Source: Trichoplax adhaerens (taxonomy: Eukaryota > Animalia > Placozoa). Taken from it: a DNA stretch of 64,000 nucleotides. The notes under the pieces were generated by a model that did no database searches, was not told the origin of the DNA, and saw only the letters and a program-made list of their open reading frames with translations. The DNA is taken from the NCBI RefSeq assembly GCF_000150275.1, contig NW_002060946.1, positions 5,804,597 through 5,868,596 on the forward strand, written 5' to 3'. The position numbers and the translations under genes are program-made. This document shows, in pieces, positions 1 to 15,762 of the stretch (within the stretch, counting starts at the first letter, position 1; the number at the start of each line of letters is the position of its first letter).

Positions 1-3000
1 ACATTAACTTATATTGTACATTTGGAATAACTGTGATAACGTACATAACTTGAACATTTTGAATTATGATTTTCATCATCTAGATCTCTAAAGCAATATA
101 TTATTGTCACGGTACTTCGTACCGTGAAGAAATAGCTATCTAAATTTGGTTAATATAATATAGTGATAATATATTACAACTAGTTACGTATAATAGGAAT
201 TACTCTAATTATAAATGTGTTACAGTAAATTTAATGCTGTGCTGCAATGTGCTCTGAAATGATTCTGTGAATGGACATATTGTAGCCCGACTGCGAAAAA
301 TTAGTTAGTAGATGTTCTCACCAAGTATTTTTATAAGATGACTCGTGAATGTTAGCTGCAGTAGTAGGGTATATAAGCCGTCAGACTGTTGAATAAAATG
401 GTTCTCAATTGTCTAGTTGAGTTTAACGTAGAATCAAAGGCGTCTAAATTCTTGTGAGGTAGTTAAGGGATACTGAATCCCGGAGACTATAGTAATTTGG
501 AGATTTGTTTTACGTTATCCTTGTCACGAAGCTGGTTTGTGACAATTATATGTTCTTTAAACCTTCCTGCCCTTCAAAACTCTGGTTCAATACTTTTAAG
601 TTCCTTGCAGTATCAATGTATAGTATATGCGAGGCAAATTACAGTGGCAGTAAGAAGTCACAGTAGTCATATTTATTACAGTATATTGTGCCAGCTTAGT
701 GTATTAAATTTGCTCTCTTGATGTCAATAATTTTATAAGCGTTGCATTATCGGATTGCCAGTCATTTTTATCTTATTCAGGGCCAATGGTTATATTTTTA
801 ATTTTAAATTGCATTTATAAGTGTATAGCGATAGCTGGATCTTGTCTTTATTGCACTACATATTTGATAAAGTAAAAAATTTATGTGCTTGATTTGCAAA
901 ATTAAATTTGTTTGTCATAGCTTACGATATGAGTAAATAAATACCAATGTATCGCGGACACGTATGAAATACGCACAAATCAATTCTTAAAACTTTTTTA
1001 ATAACAATCCGTTCTAATTAGACGTCATACCCTAAAAATTGAAGATGAACGATATATAATAACGTCGACTAGTTCTTTGATAGTATTTATGGAGGCCTTG
1101 ATGTAGGTGTAAATCCAAAATGATTAGATTTTAATTGCTGTAAGTCACATCATGTTATTCACCAAATATTCATGATAATAAAATTTGTCGCCGAATTGTG
1201 TCAACTATGTATTAGAAGTAATTATTAATAGAGATAGAGTGATATTAGCTGGCTGTTGACTTCAAAAATACCGAAATTATAACTAGACAGTACTGATAGA
1301 ATTAATTTAGTTACTTTAAAATTAAAATGATACGTTAATTAATTTATTATTGTTGAAGATATTGCATTGAAGTGCGTGATTTCATGTTAATTTGATCAAG
1401 CTATGACTTAGTATTATTTTTATAGGAAATATATAGCAGTAATACTGTATAACACGTGCTTTTGCAAGAAATTCTTGCATTGATTAGTGAGCATTAGATT
1501 CGTATACTACTAGATAAACAAGTTAATGCTGTTGATCTTTATCGGATCATGACGATGACAAAACAAGGGTTTTGAGATCAGAGTGAGAACAATCGAAGTA
1601 GGAAACATAAACGGATTGCATATTGATATCTAGACTAACGATAATATTAATACAACGAAAAATAATTTACTTAGGATCCGGCGATTATGTCAATGTTCAA
1701 TTATTTAGATAAAAGATGACGCTGCTAATCATTCTTGATTATCGCATAAATAATGAAATTGCTTAATGTTAACTCCTTATCGCCTTTACATCTTGTTACT
1801 ACATCAAACTGAAATGTTGCCGTTATAATTTTATTTAATAGTAGAACAGTAATGTCTTACATGTAATCGTTACGAATGCTTGCAAACTAATTATAGCTAT
1901 AGTATCATCTTCAGGGTAGGTACACCCAGTTTGATGGCGTTGGAGGCAGCCTATTCTGTGTGTGTGTGTGTGAATATAGTAGAAATAGCTCGCTATTAGC
2001 TGATATTTAGCTTGCATTTGGATATAATTCTGTATAACATCGGCCTATAACAATTCTTTTTTCTTATGATATAAAATGAAACTAAGTTATCGTTTAATAC
2101 GTTTGCATTTATAGCTTTTATTTAAAGCCGATAATATAATTTAATGTCAACTTTTAGAAATAACTTCACCTAAATTCATTGTAAAACTATATGAAGTAAG
2201 GAGCACGGTATTATAATAAAGGCGCCATCTAAATATGACAAGTAGAGAACTTGGTATAAATAGCATCCGCCTTATAGCATGGAATTTGTTCTCTAACAGA
2301 TCCCACATGGCTGAATGCATCGATAGTAATAATGATATAATTTTTGTGTACACGTACTGTAATATATATTAATTGGCATAGCAAATACGCGTATAGTATA
2401 GTCCCCTAAAATACTGTATGTAGAATACCACTAATTTTACTATATTTTATATTGTACTTTACATCGACGTTGTATAATTCGTAACTAGAAAAAAGGCTTT
2501 TTTTATATTCCAACATCTCTTTTATCTGCTCCAATGTACCCGCTACCCCTGGTGAAATTATGATTCGTCTCTATCAAGCCATGATAATATAATGAATCAA
2601 GGAAAATAATGAATTTTAAAGAGGTTTACTTGAAAGTAGTAAAGTATGCAAATATATATCAGCTAGTTGTTGCTTGGCTATTAACCTATTGAATACAATT
2701 TCTAAACACCATGCAATTTTTTGATTGCTTCCCGTCATCCATAGCACAAATAACTTTATCGACTAATGAATTAGATGCAGGTTATTACCATCTATCAATC
2801 ACTTATGTAGATGAGAATAAATTAGGTAAATTCAATTACATAAGCAACAGATGGCAAGACAATACCTGATTTTCGCGTTAACAAGGCACCCACGGGAGTA
2901 GCTGCTTGATTTCATAATGTAGATGAATAGAGTAGAGTTTGGATTGATGAATAATTTATCTACATGGTTCTAGTTCTTCTTTAACTTTATTGATAATGGA

Positions 3001-5029
3001 TTAGAGATGAATTAGGACATAAAAATAGAAGGATTGAGCCTTTAACTGGCATGATTTCTATAAGCGAGTATTTTGCCCTGTCCAGGCTTCCCAAGATCAT
3101 CAATAAGTGACACGTTTTCTTCTAATCAAACATTTACTAGCCTCACTTTATATCGGTCCATGGCATTACTAGATTACTTTAGGAGTCAAATTTTCTCAGT
3201 TCGATTAATAATATGAGGATCATAGATAGAGAAAAGTGGCATTCATTTCTCTTTTAATGGCTTTGGCTGTTCAGTATATGTATTGCAACTGCCGATATTG
3301 TAGAGTTCATCATTCTTACAGAAATAGTTCAATCTTTTTCGCTTTGATAGGTGCTAAGAATTATATCGACTTGATTAGCAAAGTAGTTAGAAATTTTTTA
3401 TTTATTGTAGAGTTGATTCTACTGGTGCAATCGTTCGCTACTTTTATAGTACTTGTATAAGTACGAAGACGCATAATAAAATGAGTTTAAAGTTTATGTT
3501 AACTAGCAATCATGCAAACGATCACAGCTATGACTAAGATTTATTGCGTGTGACTACTAAAATGCCAAAATCTTCCCCTTTTTCTCATTCCTTGTGCAAT
3601 TAACTTACTATTGTAGCTAGTAATCAATCTATTGTCTAAGGAATAAAAATGCAATTAACGTGACATTGATATAAAATAAAATAGGTGGATATTATGATCA
3701 TACTTATTTACTTATCGCTAGTTGAAAGTATAATAAAAATTCTTCTTTCCTCCCTTTTTCATATTGACTTTCATCGTCATCTTCATAACAATACTATAAC
3801 TACCACACTGTATATTAATGACTAAGTAATGATATCATCTCTGGCTGAAGTTATTTACTTTTAAGGTTAATAGTAAATTTTGTTAGGTAATGATGGATAG
3901 AACCTGCTAGACAACTACTAGATTGTTCTATTTTCAGAGCTACAAGTTGTCGATATCAAAGTAATAACATGAATGGCTACATATCGTCATCGTATTGATA
4001 GTTGGGATAGTATCACCTCTACTGTTTTAATTTATAATGCAAGATATCAACTAAAATAGATACAAGGGCAAGCATGATGATTCGATATTAAAATCATACC
4101 GTAATAACTAGTTTTCCTGAATATTATCTGATGTAATGTTATTGAAGCTTTTCTAATGCTTGCTGTTGTCGCCTAGATGGCAAATACAATCATTGCTAAG
4201 ATCATTCAGTACGACAGCTTTAGTTCCATTCGGTAATTAACATTTAGATAGAAGTCTATTCTTACAAAATATACGATATCGGGCTAGTTTATCCTAATAT
4301 CATGGATTTGGGGTCATTAAAGCTAACTGCTATAGCAAGGATATCGTAGTAGTTCTAGGCTATCACCGGCAGATAATATAGTTTAATTTTGTCATTTAAT
4401 TATACCCCCCTCATAAACAATAGCATTAACAGCTGAATCTCTGCTGTTTTAGATGACTAAATTGCATTATATTTCCTTTTATGACATAAATAGTGAAGGA
4501 GTAGAATACCAAATGGGCATACAACATTAACTTGATAGCCTTGAAAGTGATCATTTTGATAGTGGTTATTCTAACTTTACCGTCAATTTCAGGATAGGAC
4601 ACAGGGGATGATTATTTCGGTGTACAAATAGACATTATTTTGTTGCCTATTAGATGATGTGGATCCACATCGGGTTGATAATAATTTAGACAAGTTCTAC
4701 GCAAGTGATACCCTTACCCAATCTGTTATTAACTTGCAGTTATCTAACACTAATGTATTATAATCAAAGTGAAATAAGGCTTTACTCCTGAATGACTTGA
4801 AAAAAACAAAAGTGGTAATCCTATTTCTAGTTTTGACATGATTATGCGGCCTATTAAGAAGGGAAGGTATTGGAGTTTTATTTAGATAGAACAAGAATGA
4901 TGGCTGTCTTCCAATTTCAATGAAAAGTATAGACGCTACCTGTTTGTAATTGTCATCATTGGCATATATTGCACATATTCAATATTTTCGATTTTTTTCT
5001 TCCTATAGCGCCGTTTTGATTCATTGTAA

Positions 5030-5134
5030 CAGCTGACTTGATTGCGCAAATAATGGCCATATGTTTAACGCGGCAAGACAGCTCCATTGATTGGTCTGGC
5101 TTTTGATTTCATTACTCACTGTGGTTATAAAAAA
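5030..5134 (+). promoter_or_regulatory. Putative promoter of the bHLH gene
   Basis: Motif cluster: E-box CAGCTG (5030-5035), TTGCGCAA palindrome (5042-5049), E-box CATATG (5058-5063), reverse CCAAT (ATTGG 5090-5094) and TATAAAA (5126-5132), about 480 bp upstream of the ATG. Motif evidence only. Confidence 0.5.
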
Positions 5135-5608
5135 TTCAACTAATTTCTTCTGTCTTCGACTTGATTATTATGTAGACACCCTTTTTCTCAGTTTTTGCTT
5201 AGAATAGCGCTTTCTTACAAGTACAGACGAACAAAGAATAAGCATACTCTATCTTTCATAGCCACAGGAATTTTGTGCGCCAAATCAAACCGGTAGCAAA
5301 TCAAATTTTTTTGACGTTGGTAAAGGTTGAAATAATTATTAATCGACGGTTTTATTCCTCCAACAGAAATTTTAATCTTCTTTATTTCAAATCTTACTTT
5401 AATTTTTTTTCTACTCTGAAAATTAAACCACTTCTTTCGCCAATATATTAAATTCCTACTTTACCGTTTCTGTCTTTTTCCTGATATCGTATCCTATGCA
5501 ATTCATGTTAATAAACTGTACAGATAGTATTGACGACTAGGGAGAAAGAGAGAGAGAAAGCGAGTGAGGAAAAAAATTATTTAAGAAAGAGAAAACAAAT
5601 TAATCGGT

Positions 5609-6605
5609 ATGAGTCAGGAAAATTCATTAATAAACGGAGAAAATTTTACTGAAGTGGATTATTTAAATGGTGAGGATAACGATGACGATAAACAAAATAA
5701 CTACAAATTGAGATCGCGCGGCCATGAAGGTAAAAGAAAAACTGATTTACAAGAAGACAGATTAAGTGATATTAGTGATAAAGAAATGGAAGAAGGATTG
5801 CCAACAACAACTTCAACGGCAACAGCCAATAATGGTAGTAACGATGGCGGTAGTAATGGTAAAAGTAGAGGGAAGAAAAAAGCAGCATCGTCGCGCTCGC
5901 GTGCTCGTCGACTATTAATTAATGAACGGGAACGACAGAGAATGCATAGTTTAAACGCTGCTTTGGATCGTCTAAGATCTGTTGTACCACACTATCCTAG
6001 TGATCGCAAGTTATCCAAAATTGAAACGTTATTATTAGCTCAAAATTATATTGTAGCGCTAACAGAAGCGCTTAATTCTGTTCGTGGTCCTCAACTTGAT
6101 CAACAACAACATCAACAACAAGCGCAACAAGCACAGCAGCAGCCACATCCGTCGCAAGCACAACATCACTATTCCCAACAACATCCAAATCAGAGTGATC
6201 ATATCGCTTTATCGTCAGGTTTAATGATGCAAGGGAATCCACCGCATTCTATGGCTGTTGTCGCTCCAACCTCGACTTTATCCTCATCATCATCATCAGC
6301 AACAACAACAACAATCGATTGCTCATGGCCTCAATTTAGCCGATAACTATAATCAAAGTCCAATTATACATACAAGCACTAGCATGCATAACGCCGTCGC
6401 CAAAGGCAATAATCAAGTTGTGCAAGGATCAGCTGGACTACAGCCGATGTCTAATCAATTAATAAGCCATTCTACAAATGAATTAGTCACAACCGCATCC
6501 AACAATAATGATATCACCTCGGCGCAATGCCATTTACAATCCAATACTGTGGAAAATGAACTATGCTTTAATAACGATGATTTATCACAGTTGCTTAATG
6601 TCTAA
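5609..6605 (+). CDS. Atonal-superfamily bHLH transcription factor (neurogenin/NeuroD/Mist1-dimmed-like)
   Basis: bHLH domain [56 protein letters not shown] followed by a Q/H-rich region. The unspliced ORF ends at 6346 (245 aa). A GT-AG intron 6219-6339 would join it to the frame ending at 6605 (291 aa). The domain call is firm; the 3' end is less certain. Confidence 0.9.
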
Positions 6606-8537
6606 ATTTGATTGGTACTCATGTTGTCATCTTCAATTTTATACGACGCTATAGTATGGTAATTATGGGAGTGGACAGTGTACTTTGTAATCGTAAAAAT
6701 GTTGTGGCAATGCAATCCAGGTTCTTGATACCTCTATGAATATTTTAATTTTACCAATACTCTATCGACCTTAGTGTTTAGCTTAATACAATTATTCATA
6801 ATTATAATATCATGGCCAGGCTATGGTATGTTCTATAGTACATGTTAGTATTTTATGGTAATATTTTCCTGATGCGGAAATAGATATACTATAGTAGTTC
6901 AATAGAAGCTCTTCGACATTGCCATATCTTACAAATAATATCGACAGTCGAGCTCGTAGTATTATACATGTGTTTCATACCTTTGTCGCTTGGAAACGAT
7001 ATGAAGGGAAAGTATTATCTATTCTCATGGAAATAGACAGCTGATTGTATTTTGCATGATTATTTATTTCCTTCTATGCAAGTACAATTTTTTTAACGAT
7101 TCTTACTTCAGTTATACTTCATCGTTCTGTCAACTATGCTTCAATTCATTTTTTTGTATTCAAATCTCGTCGACCACAAGTACGTCGAAGTAATCGTTTT
7201 ATAAAATGGCGGCATTCTACCAAATTTTCTTCTTTTTGGCTAGAATAAGTGCAGTAATGTTGCTGTGTGTTGTATCGCCATTTTTTTGTTTTTAGCCTAT
7301 CAAATCTAGGAATTGATTTCTTCTCTTCCATGGTTGACGTCATAATTATATTATTGGAATGGTCTGTATCGTTTTGTAGCGGAGCTATTAATTTGTACAC
7401 AATTTTGGCTGATCCAATTTCAGCAACTTTCTCTGTTATAAAATACTGGTATGTCAGTTAACATACTACGTATACTACGTTTTCATATTATTGTAAATGT
7501 TTAGCTTGACCTAGCTCGGTGCTACGAATGTAGAGATCACTGTCTACGCGTTTTATTGGAACTTAATTAAGCTTAGTGTTTGTCCTTATCATTCAGTTGT
7601 GATTTCTTAATGGTTTAGTATATCATCACAATTAAGTGTTGGATCTTCTCATTTTTTGTTGATTATACTTGTATAACCTCGCTTTTACTGTAATATTTGA
7701 TAGTATCTGTGCACCGTGCTAGAGTTTTTATACAGTAGCAAATCAATTTCAACATAGTTCAGTAAAGGTTCTTATGAATCAGACAGGCTTTGTGCTTGAA
7801 TACTTGTATTTGGATATGCTTTTACTTGAATAAACAGTCCAAATTTATGGTGTTGCTAAATGAGTAATTTGCAGGCTAACAATTTTGAAATTCAATGACG
7901 GAAGGTACTACGTATGCAATTGATGATATATTGCTGTATCCATTATACAATATCATTTACCTAATTACTCTGACGACCATATTAGTTCTATAGTGACGGC
8001 ACGCTATCTAAGATACTGCAGGATTACATCTACTACCAATTGTCTACAAACATTGAGTATTAACATAACGGATTAGTGCTAAGTAACTAGCATGTAGTCA
8101 GCAATGATTTGATACGTTTACTAACAACGACAAGAACGTTCTTTAAACCATGCAAAAGGAAAATTGTCCTTCAACGAACATTTCAATACATTCGATACAT
8201 AAAAGTATCTATCTACCCGTGTAACTATTCATTCGCATGGCACACTGTATAAGATAATATTAAGGTGAATAAAAGATTAATCTTCTGATAGTAAATTACA
8301 ATTATTGGTATTTGGAATAGTATCTAAAGCTCAGTAAAAACAATTATTGTTCCTCGAAAAATATTGGTAAGAGTCATTCATGTATGTCCTGGTAACGATA
8401 TGATATAATTTACTATTTAAATATATGACCTTTATATCAAATGACTCCCAATTTCTTGTAAGAATCTTACATACAAGGGAACTGTGCATAAAGGTTAGTA
8501 ATGGTGGTCTTTCACTCAGTAGGCTGCAGAAATTAAT

Positions 8538-9760
<1,223 letters not shown>

Positions 9761-11624
9761 GTTTGCTGTAAAGTTTTATTTTCATAGAATAGAATGTAAG
9801 TCAGTTGAAATGATTTTAACATACTGTAGCAATGGAAGGATTAAGGGCATTTAATTTATCGTTATCTCTGTCATGCAAGTCTCCACGTGGGAACGTCGAT
9901 CGATTAAAGTTACTCTAATTGAACCTACTATACAGATAGTCTCGAACTGGGTGTTATTGCAATGGAATTTCAAAATAATTGACACAATTTACAACATATT
10001 ACCTTTTTAACTACGAAATATTGAAAGAGTCAGACGCTTGATACTGCACTAACTAACGTTTGATTGTCTGACTAGGCTTCAAATAAAAATGGATCAACAT
10101 ACGAAGCAGCACGGCACTGCAAACTCGCAACCGTTCCGGTCCGATTGGGAAAATATCTTCAATGCGTAAAGGTATGCAGAAGTAGGACTCGCCAAAGTAA
10201 CCTTCCAGTCAAAATGGATAACCAATCAATAACTAATTATAAGGCAATCACAGTACGACCTAACCTAACTAAGTCCATTCAATTATAACGATTCTACGTA
10301 ATCTGTTTACAAAAAAGTAGAAAGCAACTACTGTCGTTGGTTGTTGTTCAAAGAGTCGAATAGAAGCATGTTCAGCATTGAAATGGTCAACGTCATGCTT
10401 AGTAAGAATTTTAGACTACCTAAGAATACATAATTTGTATTTACGAAGTGATTTTCATAGCTCAACATTGAGTATGATTACCACTCCATTTTGAAATCAT
10501 GGCAAAAATGCAGGATCCATTTGATGAGATTCCATCAAATATAGAGATGGAATAGACTAAGTTATTACAAGTGATGCCAATGTTATTTATTGTGGGAAGA
10601 TTCCAATCATGCATTCCATGGCTGTAAACAATGTTCAGCGGTGAATTGAAACTACTGTATTTGATGGATTCAAATAGAAGATTCCTAGTGAGTGATATCA
10701 ATGCATTGCCGTGTTCACTAGTTTATGGCGAATATAATTACATTAACAATTTGTTATCATTCTCCACTACCGTCCGACTTTCAATAAAGTCAAAGATTGC
10801 CAATCGCCCATGAAATTGAACAGTTCTGACAAGAAAAGGGCAAGTTGATGACTGATTGAGGGCGCTATTGTCAAGTTCCAATTCCACTCTAAACAGTCAA
10901 CCCGTCCATGACAACATTGGATATCAATCCATTGAGAGTGGATGCGCCATGGGTACTCCTGTTGTCAAGATATGAAATGGGACTTGTATAACATGCAGTC
11001 GTTGCAAATTATAGCCTAATAAACGGGCGTTGAAGGAGTAAAGTCTGGACGTGTCAAACGGTAGCAACTAGCTGATTTGCTGAAACAAACTAAGGCATAA
11101 AAATAGTACACTGCGTCTAGCCATCATTTCTATTTGAAAGAGAATCTAGCGTCGTCGAGTAGAATAGTTTTGAAAGGTAGTTCAGTATGTTGTTTATGAA
11201 AAGCTTTGGCCTAATGGTGGTCGATCTATTCCTACCGTAGGCGAGTGGTATCTCTATTCTATCGGTAGAAGCATGAATATCGCATTTGCTATTCCTGCCC
11301 GTGCAACATGATGATCGTTCAAGTATCCAAGTCCGTCAAAAATCGATCGTCTATCTCAGCCATTGACGACGATTGAGATGGACAAAATTAGGCTACAAAC
11401 ACACCAATTTGCTACATCTTGACCATTATCATGACTAGTTAGAGTCCATCTTATAAAATAGATTGTATTTGTGTGGAGAAAAGACTATCCTAGCCAGCTT
11501 ACCTTGTAAAATTGAGGACAAAACTCTACCAACCTCGACAAGATTTCCGTTGGCTTTCGGCAGTTTGGTTTTGTTTTCTAAGCAAGTTTTTCATCTCCAG
11601 GTGTAAGGATTTAATTAATCGACC

Positions 11625-11880
11625 GTACTACAGTACTTTGCTGGGCGCGTCAATAGTACTGTAACCTAGTGTAGCACAGTATGATACTGCGCTTGTGTTT
11701 GAGGTACTATGCTGTACTGTAGACTGGAGTAGAGTACAGGATGGTACAGTACAGAGTCTGCAAAAAGGATTGCTAGTACTGTACACTGTACAGTACAGTA
11801 CTACATACATTAGGACTAGGACTGGACCAGATCGGACTGGGCCAGACCGAACTGGACGGTGCCGAGTCTACTGGTACCGT
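11625..11880. repeat. TACAG/CTGTA-type low-complexity array with GGACT/GGACC pentamers
   Basis: For example gtactgtacactgtacagtacagtact and ggactaggactggaccagatcggactgggccagaccgaactggac. Lies between SKP1 and PGGT1B. Confidence 0.8.
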
Positions 11881-12224
11881 AGCAAAATTTGAAAATATCT
11901 CGACAGTTTTTATTCATATACTGTAGGTCAATTGGATTTCTTTTACTTCTAGCATGGTTTTACCATGAAATCTTGAATGACTTCCTCAATAGACGGTCAT
12001 GTTTATACTATGGATGTTGTATGGCTATGCCATAGCAGTTAGAAATAAAATAGAGGGGTATCTCATCCCAGTTGAAACTTGGAAGAGAAAGGACTTTTCC
12101 CTCCTTAGACTCTTCCTTCCATCTCAATGTCTTCTTAGCATAGTCTAGTCAAGGTTTAGACTAGTCCAGATGTCCACACCGTCCAGACCTTGACAACGAT
12201 GAAGATCTCCCTCCAACCGCAGCC

Positions 12225-12565
12225 TACAGTATATACTGTACAGTACGTACTGTCGACAAAAAGTACTGTACACTGTAAAGCAAAGCACTATTCAGTACTA
12301 ATCCTGTGCACTCATACTGTACAGTACAGTACAGTACAGTACAGTACAGTACTGTACTGTACAGTACTGTACTGTACAGTACACAGGATTAGTACTGGAT
12401 ACTGTACAGCAGTACTTTACAGTGTACAGTGTACAGTGTACAGTACTTTACATCGCCTTGTGATGTTAACAGCCTCTTTCTCTTCAGTCCTTTCATGGAG
12501 TTCAGTATAGTATGACTAGTGTTGTCTACAGTATGAGTAGTAGACTACCGCACAGTACTGTACTG
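12225..12565. repeat. (TACAG)n/(CTGTA)n and (TGTACAG)n palindromic microsatellite array
   Basis: tactgtacagtacagtacagtacagtacagtacagtactgtactgtacagtactgtactgtacagt, immediately upstream of the PGGT1B ATG. Confidence 0.92.
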
Positions 12566-12629
12566 AAAATACATTTGGAGCAAAAGCGCAGCTGCAAGCA
12601 GTCCTGGAAACGTCGCAAATTTCAAGCCC

Positions 12630-15331
<2,702 letters not shown>

Positions 15332-15762
15332 AGATTGCAAATTTCATGGCCAGATTTTAAAATGAGACATTCAAGATTGTACATAACACTGGCGCACGTT
15401 ACTGATAATTTATGTATTCTTTTATTGTTCGGATTAACTGTTGGTTTGTTTTCAGAAAAAAGAACTTATCTTACAGGAAGATTTCACAGTAGTAGCAGTA
15501 ACTATGACAGCCAACACAAATTAGAATGTACGCTATGTTAAAATAATCTGTAGCAATAGACAATTTCAATTAAGTTACTGTACGTATGTAATATGCAATC
15601 CCTATAAATACAGTAGATGAATTTAATTATTTACAAGCACCTCGTCTTACTACTTAATTAAGTGAGAGTTAGTACAATGACCAATTGTTATTCACTACAA
15701 CTACCTGAAAGGCAAAGTTGTAACGCTACTAAGATATAAAACTAGTGTATAAGAATTTGATT

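Noticed and set aside
1-5000. Short ORFs in the upstream region
   Set aside because: No recognisable domains or consistent exon chain. Treated as non-coding, probably regulatory, DNA.
10380-11600. Possible gene or pseudogene between SKP1 and the array (strong minus-strand donor near 11502)
   Set aside because: The frames I translated stop quickly and show no recognisable homology. More likely 5'UTR exons and introns of SKP1.
11628-12510. ORFs rich in YSTVQ/YCTVL (also 19425-19854, 32324-32539, 44482-44757)
   Set aside because: Translation artefacts of the TACAG/CTGTA repeats.
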